Positions 8,799 to 17,171 of a DNA stretch of 21,575 bases are shown piece after piece (position 1 is the first letter of the stretch; each line of letters opens with the position of its first letter). The position numbers and the translations under genes are program-made. The notes beneath the pieces were generated by a model. That model made no database searches, had not been told where the DNA came from, and saw only the letters and a list, made by a program, of their open reading frames with translations. The DNA comes from Elainellaceae cyanobacterium. Its GTDB lineage: Bacteria; Cyanobacteriota; Cyanobacteriia; CAZCXK01. The stretch is from contig JBNPEG010000096.1 in assembly GCA_051117555.1 (NCBI GenBank), positions 2,110-23,684 on the forward strand, given 5' to 3'.

Positions 8799-9863
8799 TT
8801 AACGGAACGGGGGCGAATATAGCAAACCGCCCTCAGTCCATAACGTGTTAGGACCCCGCTCTAGATCGAAGGGTTCGCCGACGTTTCGCTCGTAAATCTC
8901 GCCATAGTTACCCACATGGCGAATCACGCGAGCCGCAAAATCATTGGGTAAGCCCATATCCGACCCGAGCGTACCATCTTGACCGAGAAAACGCGCGATA
9001 TTCGGATCTTCAGTCGTTTCAAATTCACCGATGTTCTCAGACGTGATGCCAAATTCTTCTGCTTGAATGGTCGCGAATGTGACCCACTTTACTGCGTCAA
9101 ACCACCGAGAATCTCCGTTGGCAACGGTGGGACCCAACGGCTCTTTAGACATGACCACATCCAGGATGCCATGATCATCTGGATTTGGTAACGTTGTACG
9201 ACGAGCGATTAGCTGCGAACGATCTGATGTGGCACCTTCACACCGCCCTTCGGCATATGCCGCATAGAGAGCATCCTCGTCATCAAATACTACGGGCGAG
9301 AATTCGACGCCTCTCTTCCGCATTTGGTCAGTCAAGTTCAGCTCTGTTGTGGTTCCAGACTGCACGCAGATGGATGCACCTTGCATATCTTCCAAGGATT
9401 CAAACCCAGTTGCCGTCGGAACCATCATGCCCTGACCGTCATAAAACGTTGTGGGTGCAAATTCCATACCGACTGACGTATCACGGCTAATCGTCCAAGT
9501 CGTATTTCGAATGAGAATGTCAACCTCACCCGCTTGAACGGCTGTAAATCGCTCTTGAGCACTGAGATTACGATATTCGACCGCTTCGGGGTCATCGAAT
9601 AGAGCGGCTGCGATCGCCCGACAATAATCGACATCGAGCCCAGAGTATTCACCGCTCTCATCAACAAAGCTAAATCCAGGAAGCTGACCATTCACACCAC
9701 AAATCAAAGACCCGCGACTTGAAACCGTGTCAAGAAGACTGGTTGATGCGGCCTCCTCTGAGCCTTCACCCTCACCCGAAGTAGCAGCCGGTTCTGAACT
9801 ACACGCTGCTAGCGGTGCCACAATCAGAATCATTGCAACTAGCACGGAACGCCACTTAAACAT
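8799..9863 (-). CDS. natF: Amino-acid ABC transporter substrate-binding lipoprotein (AapJ/NatF type)
   Basis: Lipobox LAAC. Motifs CGVNGQLPGFS, GLDVDYCRAIAAA, RNTTWTISRD, SKEPLGP, VGNYGEIYERN and C-terminal GGLLYSPPFR. Start ATG 9863 or GTG 9878. Confidence 0.93.
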   Translation of the reverse strand: MFKWRSVLVAMILIVAPLAACSSEPAATSGEGEGSEEAASTSLLDTVSSRGSLICGVNGQLPGFSFVDESGEYSGLDVDYCRAIAAALFDDPEAVEYRNLSAQERFTAVQAGEVDILIRNTTWTISRDTSVGMEFAPTTFYDGQGMMVPTATGFESLEDMQGASICVQSGTTTELNLTDQMRKRGVEFSPVVFDDEDALYAAYAEGRCEGATSDRSQLIARRTTLPNPDDHGILDVVMSKEPLGPTVANGDSRWFDAVKWVTFATIQAEEFGITSENIGEFETTEDPNIARFLGQDGTLGSDMGLPNDFAARVIRHVGNYGEIYERNVGEPFDLERGPNTLWTEGGLLYSPPFR

Positions 9864-10020
9864 AATCAATTTACTCACGTTTCGACCGATTAGAACTAGG
9901 TGTTGTGCCTGATAAAACGGCAGCGTTGTTGAAATAGAGTGAACTTAGATTTTGAGCTTACCAGTCGGGTGATGCTACTCATAACGCTATCAACCGACGA
10001 TATTGACTCATCCCTGGCTC

Positions 10021-10046
10021 ACCAGCGATTGAACCAGCGATTGAAC
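10021..10046. repeat. 12-bp tandem duplication ACCAGCGATTGA x2
   Basis: Read directly in the natF upstream region. Confidence 0.8.
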
Positions 10047-10199
10047 ATTCACTCAGGGCGAAAAATAATGAACTCCCTTTCGAATCTGGCTCATGATGTA
10101 AACACCATGATTTGATTTCAACGCTTCTTACACTTTGTAAGGTTTATCTAAGCAACTTGTTTTATCCTCCTTAAGATTTCATGGGTCATCGCCCATAGC

Positions 10200-10215
10200 T
10201 GTATCAGATCGTACA
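10200..10215. promoter_or_regulatory. Putative NtcA binding site (TGTA-N8-TACA)
   Basis: TGTATCAGATCGTACA is a perfect extended NtcA consensus ~340 bp upstream of natF. No canonical TAN3T at the 22-nt spacing. Confidence 0.6.
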
Positions 10216-10333
10216 GTTCTATCAGGGGGAAACGCCGTCAGGCACTCTCAACAAAATGTTGGATGAGACATGATGATTCACAGAAGACATCTCTATCCCC
10301 TGATTGACTGACACAAGATTCAGAGACTGGCGT

Positions 10334-11401
10334 CTACAGCTGCTCACCCACATAAGTCCCTAGTGCTCGAGCAGTTTCGACTAGGCAATGGTTGGGAGTA
10401 ACAGACAACGGGCTATGAGCTAGCACGTCGTCTAGCAGTACTGCGGCAACTTTTCCATTTTGCCAAGCAACCATGTGAGCAAAGCGTTTTTGAGCAACTA
10501 AATCGACAGCAGTTTTGCCCAACGCGGCGGCAATTAAGCGATCAAGTGCCGAGGGAATGCCACCTCGCTGAATGTGCCCTAAGACTGACACCCTAACTTC
10601 GGCAGAGCGACAGCGAGAGATTTGCTCAGCAATATACTGTCCTTTCCCGCAAGCAAGTGGGGCTGAACGGTCATACCCGTGTTCTGATGAGGTGCTCGTG
10701 TCGATTCCCTCAGCCACTACCACAATGGCAAATTTATGCCCCCAGCGATCGCGCAATTCATCCAAATGGCGACATACGGCTGGAATGGAGTAGGGAATTT
10801 CCGGAATTAGAATCACATCGGCTCCCCCGGCGATGCCAGCCTGGAGTGCAAGATGTCCGGCTCTTCGTCCCATGACTTCTACAACCATGACGCGATCGTG
10901 GCTGGCGGCGGTAAATGTCAGCCGATTGAGCGCGTCGGTAATTGTGTTCACGGCGGTATCAAACCCAATCGACCGCTCTGTAAAAGCCACGTCATTGTCA
11001 ATTGTCTTCGGAATTCCAATCAAGTTCCAGTTCCCTTGACACGCTAGTTGGTGCAGAATTGCCAGACTGCCATCTCCCCCAATTGCAATCAGCGCATCGA
11101 GCTCAAGTTCATGATAGGCTGCAATGATTTCATCGGCATGGGCTAGGGTATCTCCGTGGTTGATGGTTCCTAAAATGGTTCCTCCCATGCTAAGCAGCGG
11201 ATCAATCCCTCGCAGATCTAAGCCGTGCCTGCTCAAAGAACTGGCTTGGCGTTCTAGCAGACCTCGGGTTGCATACGGAATTCCGAGTACTTCCCATCCA
11301 TAGGTTAGGGTTGCGTGACTGACGACTGCGCGAATGGCCGCATTCAGCCCTGGGCAATCGCCGCCGCTTGTTAGAATACCAAGTCGTAGTTGCATCGTCA
11401 T
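10334..11401 (-). CDS. pfkA: 6-phosphofructokinase, PFK-A family (~38 kDa cyanobacterial type)
   Basis: Motifs GILTSGGDCPGLNAAIR, GGTILGT, IGGDGS, IPKTIDND, VEVMGR, VVAEG and VLGHIQRGG. Start 11401 or 11395. Confidence 0.95.
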   Translation of the reverse strand: MTMQLRLGILTSGGDCPGLNAAIRAVVSHATLTYGWEVLGIPYATRGLLERQASSLSRHGLDLRGIDPLLSMGGTILGTINHGDTLAHADEIIAAYHELELDALIAIGGDGSLAILHQLACQGNWNLIGIPKTIDNDVAFTERSIGFDTAVNTITDALNRLTFTAASHDRVMVVEVMGRRAGHLALQAGIAGGADVILIPEIPYSIPAVCRHLDELRDRWGHKFAIVVVAEGIDTSTSSEHGYDRSAPLACGKGQYIAEQISRCRSAEVRVSVLGHIQRGGIPSALDRLIAAALGKTAVDLVAQKRFAHMVAWQNGKVAAVLLDDVLAHSPLSVTPNHCLVETARALGTYVGEQL

Positions 11402-11436
11402 TGTTCTTATCTGTGATTACTTGAAATAGGTCGGTA

Positions 11437-11539
11437 ATACCAATTTTGGATTTTGGATTTTGGATTTTGGATTGACGGTCACGAGCTTTGCAAGGGTTTT
11501 AGCCTGTTCATTTGTAGCCTTACTTCGGAGAATTGGTAT
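11437..11539. mobile_element. MITE-like element with ATACCAATT/AATTGGTAT ends containing an STRR (TTTTGGA)x4
   Basis: 9-bp perfect terminal inverted repeat at 11437-11445 / 11531-11539. Heptamer array at 11444-11471. Confidence 0.7.
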
Positions 11540-11564
11540 AAAAAAGTTAAAAAATAACCTCATG

Positions 11565-11626
11565 GGGGTGCGTTACGCTGACGCTTTAGCGTAGCCATGC
11601 CTGAAAGGCTATACAGCACCCTACGG
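11565..11626 (+). repeat. REP-like palindrome (GGGTGCGTTA...ACAGCACCC) containing the 27-nt module (copy 2, 11586-11612)
   Basis: Inverted arms GGGTGC / GCACCC. The core 11568-11616 matches the reverse complement of 2146-2194. Confidence 0.85.
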
Positions 11627-11627
11627 C

Positions 11628-14420
11628 TCAATCAAACCGTGACGTTGTTTCTTTACGGTCCCTAAGCTTTAATTCCGCTCGGACAACGGAGACATCACTG
11701 CCGCGTTCGATGTGAAAGCCTAGCTTTTTACACACTCGCTGCATTCCAGAATTTTCTGCCAAGATTTCAGCAGTAACGCAGTCAATGTGCTCGTCACGAC
11801 CCACAGATAGCAACCGCCGCAGCAATTCAGTGCCCAAGCCACACCCTTGGACGCGATCGCTCACGAGCAGGGCAAATTCGGCATCATTTGTTCCGTAGAG
11901 CTTGCTCAACCGACCAACGCCTAAAATAGTATGCTCTCCAGTGTTTGAATCGGTGTGATCGGCCACTAGCGCAATCTCGCGATCGTAGTCGATAAAGCAG
12001 ATCCGGGTGAGGCGGGGGTGGGCAGTTCGCTGGCTCAAGGCCATCAAATGGAAGTAGCGGAAGTAGACACTTTCCTCGGACAGAGTTTTATGGAACGCCA
12101 CAATCAGCGGTTCGTCTTCCGGGCGAATAGGGCGAATGATCGCGGGCGTACCATCCTTCATGACCCAGGGGGCAACATATTGAACTGGATAGGGACGAAT
12201 AGCAAGTCGAGGTAATTGGGGCTCATTCACCCCAGACTCATGCAGCACGATTCGGGCATCGAGGGCAAGGAGATGATCTGAGGTTGCAAGCAATGGATTA
12301 ATGTCAATATCCTTAATCCAGCGCTGTTCAACAACGAGTTGGCTAAATCGCACCAGCAGTTGTTCGAGGGCTGCTAGGTCGATGGGAGGGCGTCCTCGAA
12401 CGCCGTGGAAGGCTTTGTAGATATGAGTGTGCTCCATCATCCGACGTGCCAGCGTGGTAGTGAGTGGAGGAAGCGCGATCGCCCGGTCTTGAAATACTTC
12501 TACCAATTGCCCACCCGATCCAAACAGCAATACCGGGCCAAACTGAGAATCAATACTGCTACCCAAAATGAGTTCATAGCCGTCTAGCTTGATCATCGGC
12601 TGCACAGTCACACCCAAAAAGTGTTCTGCACCCACTGTTTTACTTACGGACGTTTCAATGGCGTGGTATGCCTGTCTGACTGCTTCGGCATCGGTCAGGT
12701 TAAGCTGCACGCCTCCCACATCCGTTTTGTGGGTAATGGTTTTAGAAAGAAGCTTGAGAACGACCGGATAACCGATGCGATTGGCGCAGTCTACTGCGTC
12801 AGTCTCGGTCGTGGCAACACAGGTTTGCACCACTGGGATTCTATACACAGATAGGATTTGCTTGGATTCTGCCTCGGTTAAAAGGGTGCGATCGCTCTGG
12901 CGGGCAGTCTGGATAATTTGATCTACTAAAGCTCGTTCTGGCACTTCGTCGGCATCAGAGGGAAAGACCGGTGTTTCATAAATACCTTGCAAACTATAGC
13001 TCGATCGCCACATATCGCTAAAGACTTGCGCCGCTGCATCCGGATAACGGTATGTTGGAATGCCTGCCTGATTGAGAATCGCTTCTCCCTCATCGACATC
13101 AGAGCCTCCCATCCAACTGGCGAGAATGGGTTTGCGGGGCTGGCCATTCGCCTGCGAGGTTTCTACGAACGATTTCAACTGCTCCGCTGTTTGAGTCGGA
13201 TCGGTCATGGCCTGGGGCGTGAGAATCACCAGCAATCCGTCGCTGTTGGAATCGTTGGCAGCGACCTCCAGAGCTTTGGTATAGCGGTCAGGGTCGGCAT
13301 CTCCCAGGACATCAATCGGGTTGCCATGACTCCAATGAGTAGGCAGAATGGCATCCAGGGAAGCGATCGCTGACCCTGCTACGTCTGCCAGTTTCCCTCC
13401 AGCAGCAATCAGCGCATCGGTAGCTAGCACGCCTGGCCCGCCTGCGTTGGTAACAATGGTGAGACGCGGCCCCTGCGGACGAGGTTGCTTTGCAAATACT
13501 TCTGCCATGTCAAACAAATCTGAAATGCGATCGACACTCAAAACGCCACAGCGCCGGAATGCCGCATCAAGCACCGCATTACTTCCCGCCATAGCTCCGG
13601 TATGCGACGCTGATGCCTTGGCTGCCGCCTCCGTGCGACCCGCTTTGATCACAATAATGGGTTTGGTTAGCGCAACCTCACGAGCAGCCGAGAGAAACGA
13701 GCGGGCATCGCCAATCGATTCCATGTACAGCACAATGCTCTTGGTGTGAGGATCATTCCCGAGATAGTCGATCAAATCACCCCAGCCCACATCCAGCATG
13801 GAGCCAATCGAAATAAAAGTGCTGAAGCCTACATTTTCTCGAAAACTCCAGTCTAAAATCGCAGTACACAGCGCGCCGCTCTGACTAATAAACCCGACAT
13901 TTCCCGGACGCGCCATACTGCTGGCAAAGGTCGCATTGAGCCCTGTAATGGGATTCATGACGCCCAGACAGTTAGGGCCAATCAGGCGCATGCTGCCACG
14001 ACGAGCGTGCTCTAACACCTGGTGCTCTAGTTCTACCCCTGCCGATCCGGTTTCTCTAAACCCAGCCGAGATAATAATCGCGCCTTTTACGCCTACTTCG
14101 ACACACTCACCAATGATGCCTGGCACCGTAGGGGCAGGAGTCACAATGACTGCCAAATCAACAGGTTCTGGAACTGCCGCGATAGTAGGATAGGCTTTGA
14201 TGCCCAAGACGTTATGCCGCTTCGGATTAACAGGAAAAATAGTTCCACCAAATGTGTTGCTAATCAAGTTCCATACCAGGGTTCGTCCTACACTGCCAGG
14301 GCGCTCGGTTGCACCAATTACTGCGATCGCCCGCGGTGCAAAAATGGCATCCAACGGGCGATAGGTAGAACGCAGAATATCATAGGCGCGATCGGTGGCG
14401 ATCGGAGTGGGAGTCTGCAT
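11628..14420 (-). CDS. Bifunctional acetate-CoA ligase (ADP-forming) family / GNAT acetyltransferase protein (Pat/YfiQ-like architecture)
   Basis: CoA-binding domain ([26 protein letters not shown]), [32 protein letters not shown]-grasp [21 protein letters not shown]-terminal [12 protein letters not shown]...[10 protein letters not shown]. True start likely ATG 14420 (MQTPTP), because the track's extension overlaps the hypE relic. Confidence 0.92.
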   Translation of the reverse strand: MQTPTPIATDRAYDILRSTYRPLDAIFAPRAIAVIGATERPGSVGRTLVWNLISNTFGGTIFPVNPKRHNVLGIKAYPTIAAVPEPVDLAVIVTPAPTVPGIIGECVEVGVKGAIIISAGFRETGSAGVELEHQVLEHARRGSMRLIGPNCLGVMNPITGLNATFASSMARPGNVGFISQSGALCTAILDWSFRENVGFSTFISIGSMLDVGWGDLIDYLGNDPHTKSIVLYMESIGDARSFLSAAREVALTKPIIVIKAGRTEAAAKASASHTGAMAGSNAVLDAAFRRCGVLSVDRISDLFDMAEVFAKQPRPQGPRLTIVTNAGGPGVLATDALIAAGGKLADVAGSAIASLDAILPTHWSHGNPIDVLGDADPDRYTKALEVAANDSNSDGLLVILTPQAMTDPTQTAEQLKSFVETSQANGQPRKPILASWMGGSDVDEGEAILNQAGIPTYRYPDAAAQVFSDMWRSSYSLQGIYETPVFPSDADEVPERALVDQIIQTARQSDRTLLTEAESKQILSVYRIPVVQTCVATTETDAVDCANRIGYPVVLKLLSKTITHKTDVGGVQLNLTDAEAVRQAYHAIETSVSKTVGAEHFLGVTVQPMIKLDGYELILGSSIDSQFGPVLLFGSGGQLVEVFQDRAIALPPLTTTLARRMMEHTHIYKAFHGVRGRPPIDLAALEQLLVRFSQLVVEQRWIKDIDINPLLATSDHLLALDARIVLHESGVNEPQLPRLAIRPYPVQYVAPWVMKDGTPAIIRPIRPEDEPLIVAFHKTLSEESVYFRYFHLMALSQRTAHPRLTRICFIDYDREIALVADHTDSNTGEHTILGVGRLSKLYGTNDAEFALLVSDRVQGCGLGTELLRRLLSVGRDEHIDCVTAEILAENSGMQRVCKKLGFHIERGSDVSVVRAELKLRDRKETTSRFD

Positions 14421-14490
14421 AGTCGATGGGTGGTAGAGGTCTACCGTTAAGATTAGCCGGAAAACTTGAAGAACTTGTGAGGATATCGGT

Positions 14491-14786
14491 AACCTTGGTA
14501 TCTCCGGTGACAATCTGTACCCCTGCTCGCACTGCTGCCTGCTGAATCGACTGCACGACTTGCCATAGCGTCTCCATCGGCAAGCCTTCCTCTAGGATGA
14601 ATCCCAAACTCAGATACAGCGGACGAGCCCCCGCCATTGCCAGGTCATTCACCGTACCATTCACGGCCAGGGAGCCAATATTGCCACCGGGAAAAATCAA
14701 GGGACGTACTACATACGAATCAGTCGTAAACGCAATTCGATTCCCGGATAGGTGCAGGGTGGCAGCGTCATGCTGGGTGCGATCGC
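14491..14786 (-). pseudogene. hypE: Internal fragment of hydrogenase maturation protein HypE
   Basis: Reads [69 protein letters not shown]...[11 protein letters not shown]. Both ends missing; begins at HIP1 14779-14786. Confidence 0.92.
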
Positions 14787-14944
14787 CCGTCTGATAGTCT
14801 CAAATGACTCAGGCAGCCGGTCTAAAATCCACTGCCGACTGTCGTCAGAAAGGGGCGATCGCACGCCCCCCGGCACTGCCCAAGCGGCATGAATCTTTCG
14901 CGCGCCCAATCGCTCAATCACCGTCTGCTCAAACTGCCGCAGGC
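14779..14944 (-). pseudogene. hoxH: Internal fragment of bidirectional [NiFe]-hydrogenase large subunit HoxH
   Basis: Reads [50 protein letters not shown], matching the cyanobacterial HoxH segment RLRQFGQ..KIH.AW.VPGGVRSPL. Confidence 0.88.
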
Positions 14945-15091
14945 AGGCAGAAGCGTGTTGCTGCCCTCCACCTCAACTAAGCAAAGCCGACAGGCCCCTA
15001 CTGCCGACACTCCATTCAAGAAACAGATCGTAGGAATTTTGACGCCAGCCCCTTTTGCGGCTTGTAAGAGGGTTGAGCCTGCTGCGATCGC
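14939..15091 (-). pseudogene. hoxU: N-terminal [2Fe-2S] fragment of diaphorase subunit HoxU
   Basis: Reads AIAAGSTLLQAAKGAGVKIPTICFLNGVSAVGACRLCLVEVEGSNTLLPAC, with all four 2Fe-2S cysteines. Truncated directly after PAC. Confidence 0.9.
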
Positions 15092-15425
15092 CATGCCCTC
15101 TAACACCCGATGCGGATCGCTTTCTAAGACGCTGCGATCCATGCTGCAATGATGGACGGCGCATCCTCTGGACTCATCTGTTCGTATAGGGTACCGCTTG
15201 GATCTAGCTCAACCAAGGGTCCTCGTCCACAAAATCGCAGACACCCAACGCTGCATACCTCTACGTCTGCTTCTAACCCCGCATGTTGAAGGCGGCCTCT
15301 AATCCCTGTTTGGCGGCTGCCGATCCAGATGACAAACAGCCTGCTGCGGTACAGCAGCGAATGCGCGTTGGCGGGTGGCGATCGCGTTCTTGACGAGCAA
15401 CCTCGCGTAGATTTGCAATATCCAT
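15081..15425 (-). pseudogene. hoxF: HoxF relic in two pieces with a frameshift and an internal deletion
   Basis: ATG 15425 gives MDIANLREVARQERD...IRCCTAAGCLSSGS. After a 1-nt frameshift at ~15290 it continues VGCLRFCGRGPLVELDPSGTLYEQMSPEDAPSIIAA, then jumps at ~15142 to MDRSVLESDPHRVLEGMAIAA (the NuoF-like segment that normally follows DEGDPGAF). Confidence 0.92.
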
Positions 15426-15432
15426 AGTCGTT

Positions 15433-15858
15433 TTACCGCTGTTTTAAGACTCTCACGTGGTCTAAAGCCGATTCTGGCGTTTGTTTGGCGCTGACGGCTC
15501 CATCGACGACAATCGCTGGAGCAATGCCACAGGCTCCTAGACATCGAGCGGCCATGAGAGAAATGTCACCGTCTGGGGTCGTTTCACTGACGCTAATACC
15601 CAAATCTTTTTCCAAGGCTGCCATGATTTGATCGCCGCCTTTGACGTAGCAGGCAGTTCCTAGACACACGACACAGCTATGCGCTCCGCTGGGTTTGAGC
15701 GAGAACAGATGATAGAAAGTAGCTACGCCATAGACTCGGCTTAGCGGCAGCTTGAGCCCTCTAGCACTATAAACTAAGACATCTTATTCCAGATATCCAA
15801 ACGAATCTTGCGCTTTATGAAGCACTTCGATCAGAGCATCGGGCTGATACTGGTGATG
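15433..15858 (-). pseudogene. hoxE: HoxE relic, 5'-truncated, with in-frame nonsense codon
   Basis: Reads HQYQPDALIEVLHKAQDSFGYLE*DVL...LPLSRVYGVATFYHLFSLKPSGAHSCVVCLGTACYVKG...ARCLGACGIAP. TAA at 15784-15786; N-terminus and start not found. Confidence 0.92.
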
Positions 15859-15916
15859 CACACCAGCGATCGCCCAGACTGGAAATCCACGTGAGTCTCA
15901 TTGGCAGGCATGAGTC

Positions 15917-16591
15917 TTAAACGCGGCTTGCCCTGGCAGCTTCTTTGGAGACGCTATAGGTTCCCACTTTGCCTCGATACCACTTTTGACGTTTTAGCCC
16001 AACGGTTAACACATTGGAAAGCCGATGACGGACAAGCGCACGAATCTCTTTAGGAGCCTTATCTATTAAGATACTGTCCATAATGTGGGGCACTTCGACG
16101 ACCTGGTCGGGATACTGCTCTAGAACAGACAGCACGGCTTGCAGCAAGGGGCGATCGCGATATTTGGGCTTCAGATATGCGCCCCACTCGTCTGACTTTT
16201 TGCCAGCCCGCTTAGTCGACGATTTAGAACTCGATTTTGACGGCGTGCGTGATTTTGTAGCACTATCGCCTTTTTTCCGACGTCCACGAGGAGAGGGGGT
16301 TGGTTCTGGACTCACCTCAGCAACGTCAGAAGTAACGCCAGATTGGGAATCATCCGACACGTCTGCAACATCAGTGGCTGGGCCTCCAGCCCCTGCTGCG
16401 ATAGAGGCATCTGGCGCGGTGTCGGGTTCAACCCCAAACATATGAATGACAGTTTGCAAGCTTTTACGTTTGTCTTGGAGGGTTTGAAGTTGAGCTGCAA
16501 TCTGTGCTTCTTGAGCTGCGAGCGTCGACTCAATTTCTAAAAGCTTTGTTTCCATCGATTCTGGGGCGGGCTTTGCGGATGACTTTGCCAT
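15917..16591 (-). CDS. Hypothetical protein: N-terminal coiled coil, disordered acidic then basic linker, C-terminal putative winged-helix
   Basis: Heptad segment METKLLEIESTLAAQEAQIAAQLQTLQDKRKSLQTVI; linker containing PRGRRKK and an S/K-rich tract; C-terminal helices ending KWYRGKVGTYSV. ATG at 16591. Confidence 0.8.
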   Translation of the reverse strand: MAKSSAKPAPESMETKLLEIESTLAAQEAQIAAQLQTLQDKRKSLQTVIHMFGVEPDTAPDASIAAGAGGPATDVADVSDDSQSGVTSDVAEVSPEPTPSPRGRRKKGDSATKSRTPSKSSSKSSTKRAGKKSDEWGAYLKPKYRDRPLLQAVLSVLEQYPDQVVEVPHIMDSILIDKAPKEIRALVRHRLSNVLTVGLKRQKWYRGKVGTYSVSKEAARASRV

Positions 16592-16695
16592 CAAATATTC
16601 TCCATTAACTTCATCTACTACTATTTAACCAGTATTAATGCGTATTAGGATAACTGTCTGGAAAAGTAATTGCTTTTGTTAGACATTTCTGGAAA

Positions 16696-16770
16696 TATAG
16701 CAATCCCCAATGGGGTGTGAGTGGCGGGCATCACTCACATAAAATTCACAAGCGATTTAGGATCGCTCTA
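16696..16770. mobile_element. 75-bp MITE-like element with TA ends (TATAGCAATCC...GGATCGCTCTA)
   Basis: 25-nt terminal arms match 18/25 as inverted repeats. Internal hairpin TGTGAGTG...CACTCACA. Confidence 0.65.
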
Positions 16771-16933
16771 CCAGGAGGAACGAAAAATGAACATGCTTAG
16801 GTGAGATGAGGAGTATAAGAGTACCCGCAAAAGGTACTGCCGAATCTGGATTAGATTTTCCAGAATAGGAACAATACTGACGTTGCGAAATTGATGAATG
16901 ATAGGGAAACCATTAGCCCACCAACCACCCGCT

Positions 16934-17019
16934 GTACGGGCATGGCAATGCCTTAGCGAAGCCATGCCCATAGGGCTATTGCCCCTCCGAAAATCATTCA
17001 TACCCCTCCGAAAATCATT
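16934..17019 (+). repeat. REP-like palindrome (GGGCATGGCA-ATGCC..TGCCC) with the 27-nt module (copy 3, 16953-16979) and a 21-bp tandem duplication of its right end
   Basis: The module TTAGCGAAGCCATGCCCATAGGGCTAT interrupts the right arm. CCCCTCCGAAAATCATT repeats at 16982 and 17003. Confidence 0.85.
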
Positions 17020-17084
17020 TGCCGATGAGCAATGCCACAATACTAAACCTAGTATCATTTGGCAGAAATGAGTCAACCATTTGA

Positions 17085-17128
17085 GAGAGCGAGCATCTTG
17101 CCCGCGACGTGAGCGAGACGCTCACACT
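17085..17128. repeat. REP-like imperfect hairpin upstream of the small hypothetical gene
   Basis: Arms AGAGCGAGCATCTTGCCCGC / GTGAGCGAGACGCTCACACT form an imperfect inverted repeat, with mostly transition mismatches. Confidence 0.55.
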
Positions 17129-17171
17129 GTGGTTACGAAACTTTCGCCGTCTTGCTATTAGCACAATAAAG

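Noticed and set aside
14421..14513. N-terminal extension of the 961-aa ligase ORF
   Set aside because: Starts at TTG inside the hypE relic. Family-like sequence begins at ATG 14420.
15270..15300. Programmed frameshift in hoxF
   Set aside because: No slippery heptamer is seen, and the surrounding nonsense codon and deletions indicate decay.
14380..15669. Track ORFs 14380-14700, 14709-14921 and 15433-15669 as intact small genes
   Set aside because: They are internal fragments of hypE, hoxH and hoxE with arbitrary starts; the first two also read through into unrelated sequence.
16768..17076. 102-aa ORF with duplicated NDFRRG
   Set aside because: It runs through REP-like repeats and the 21-bp tandem duplication, with no protein-like features.
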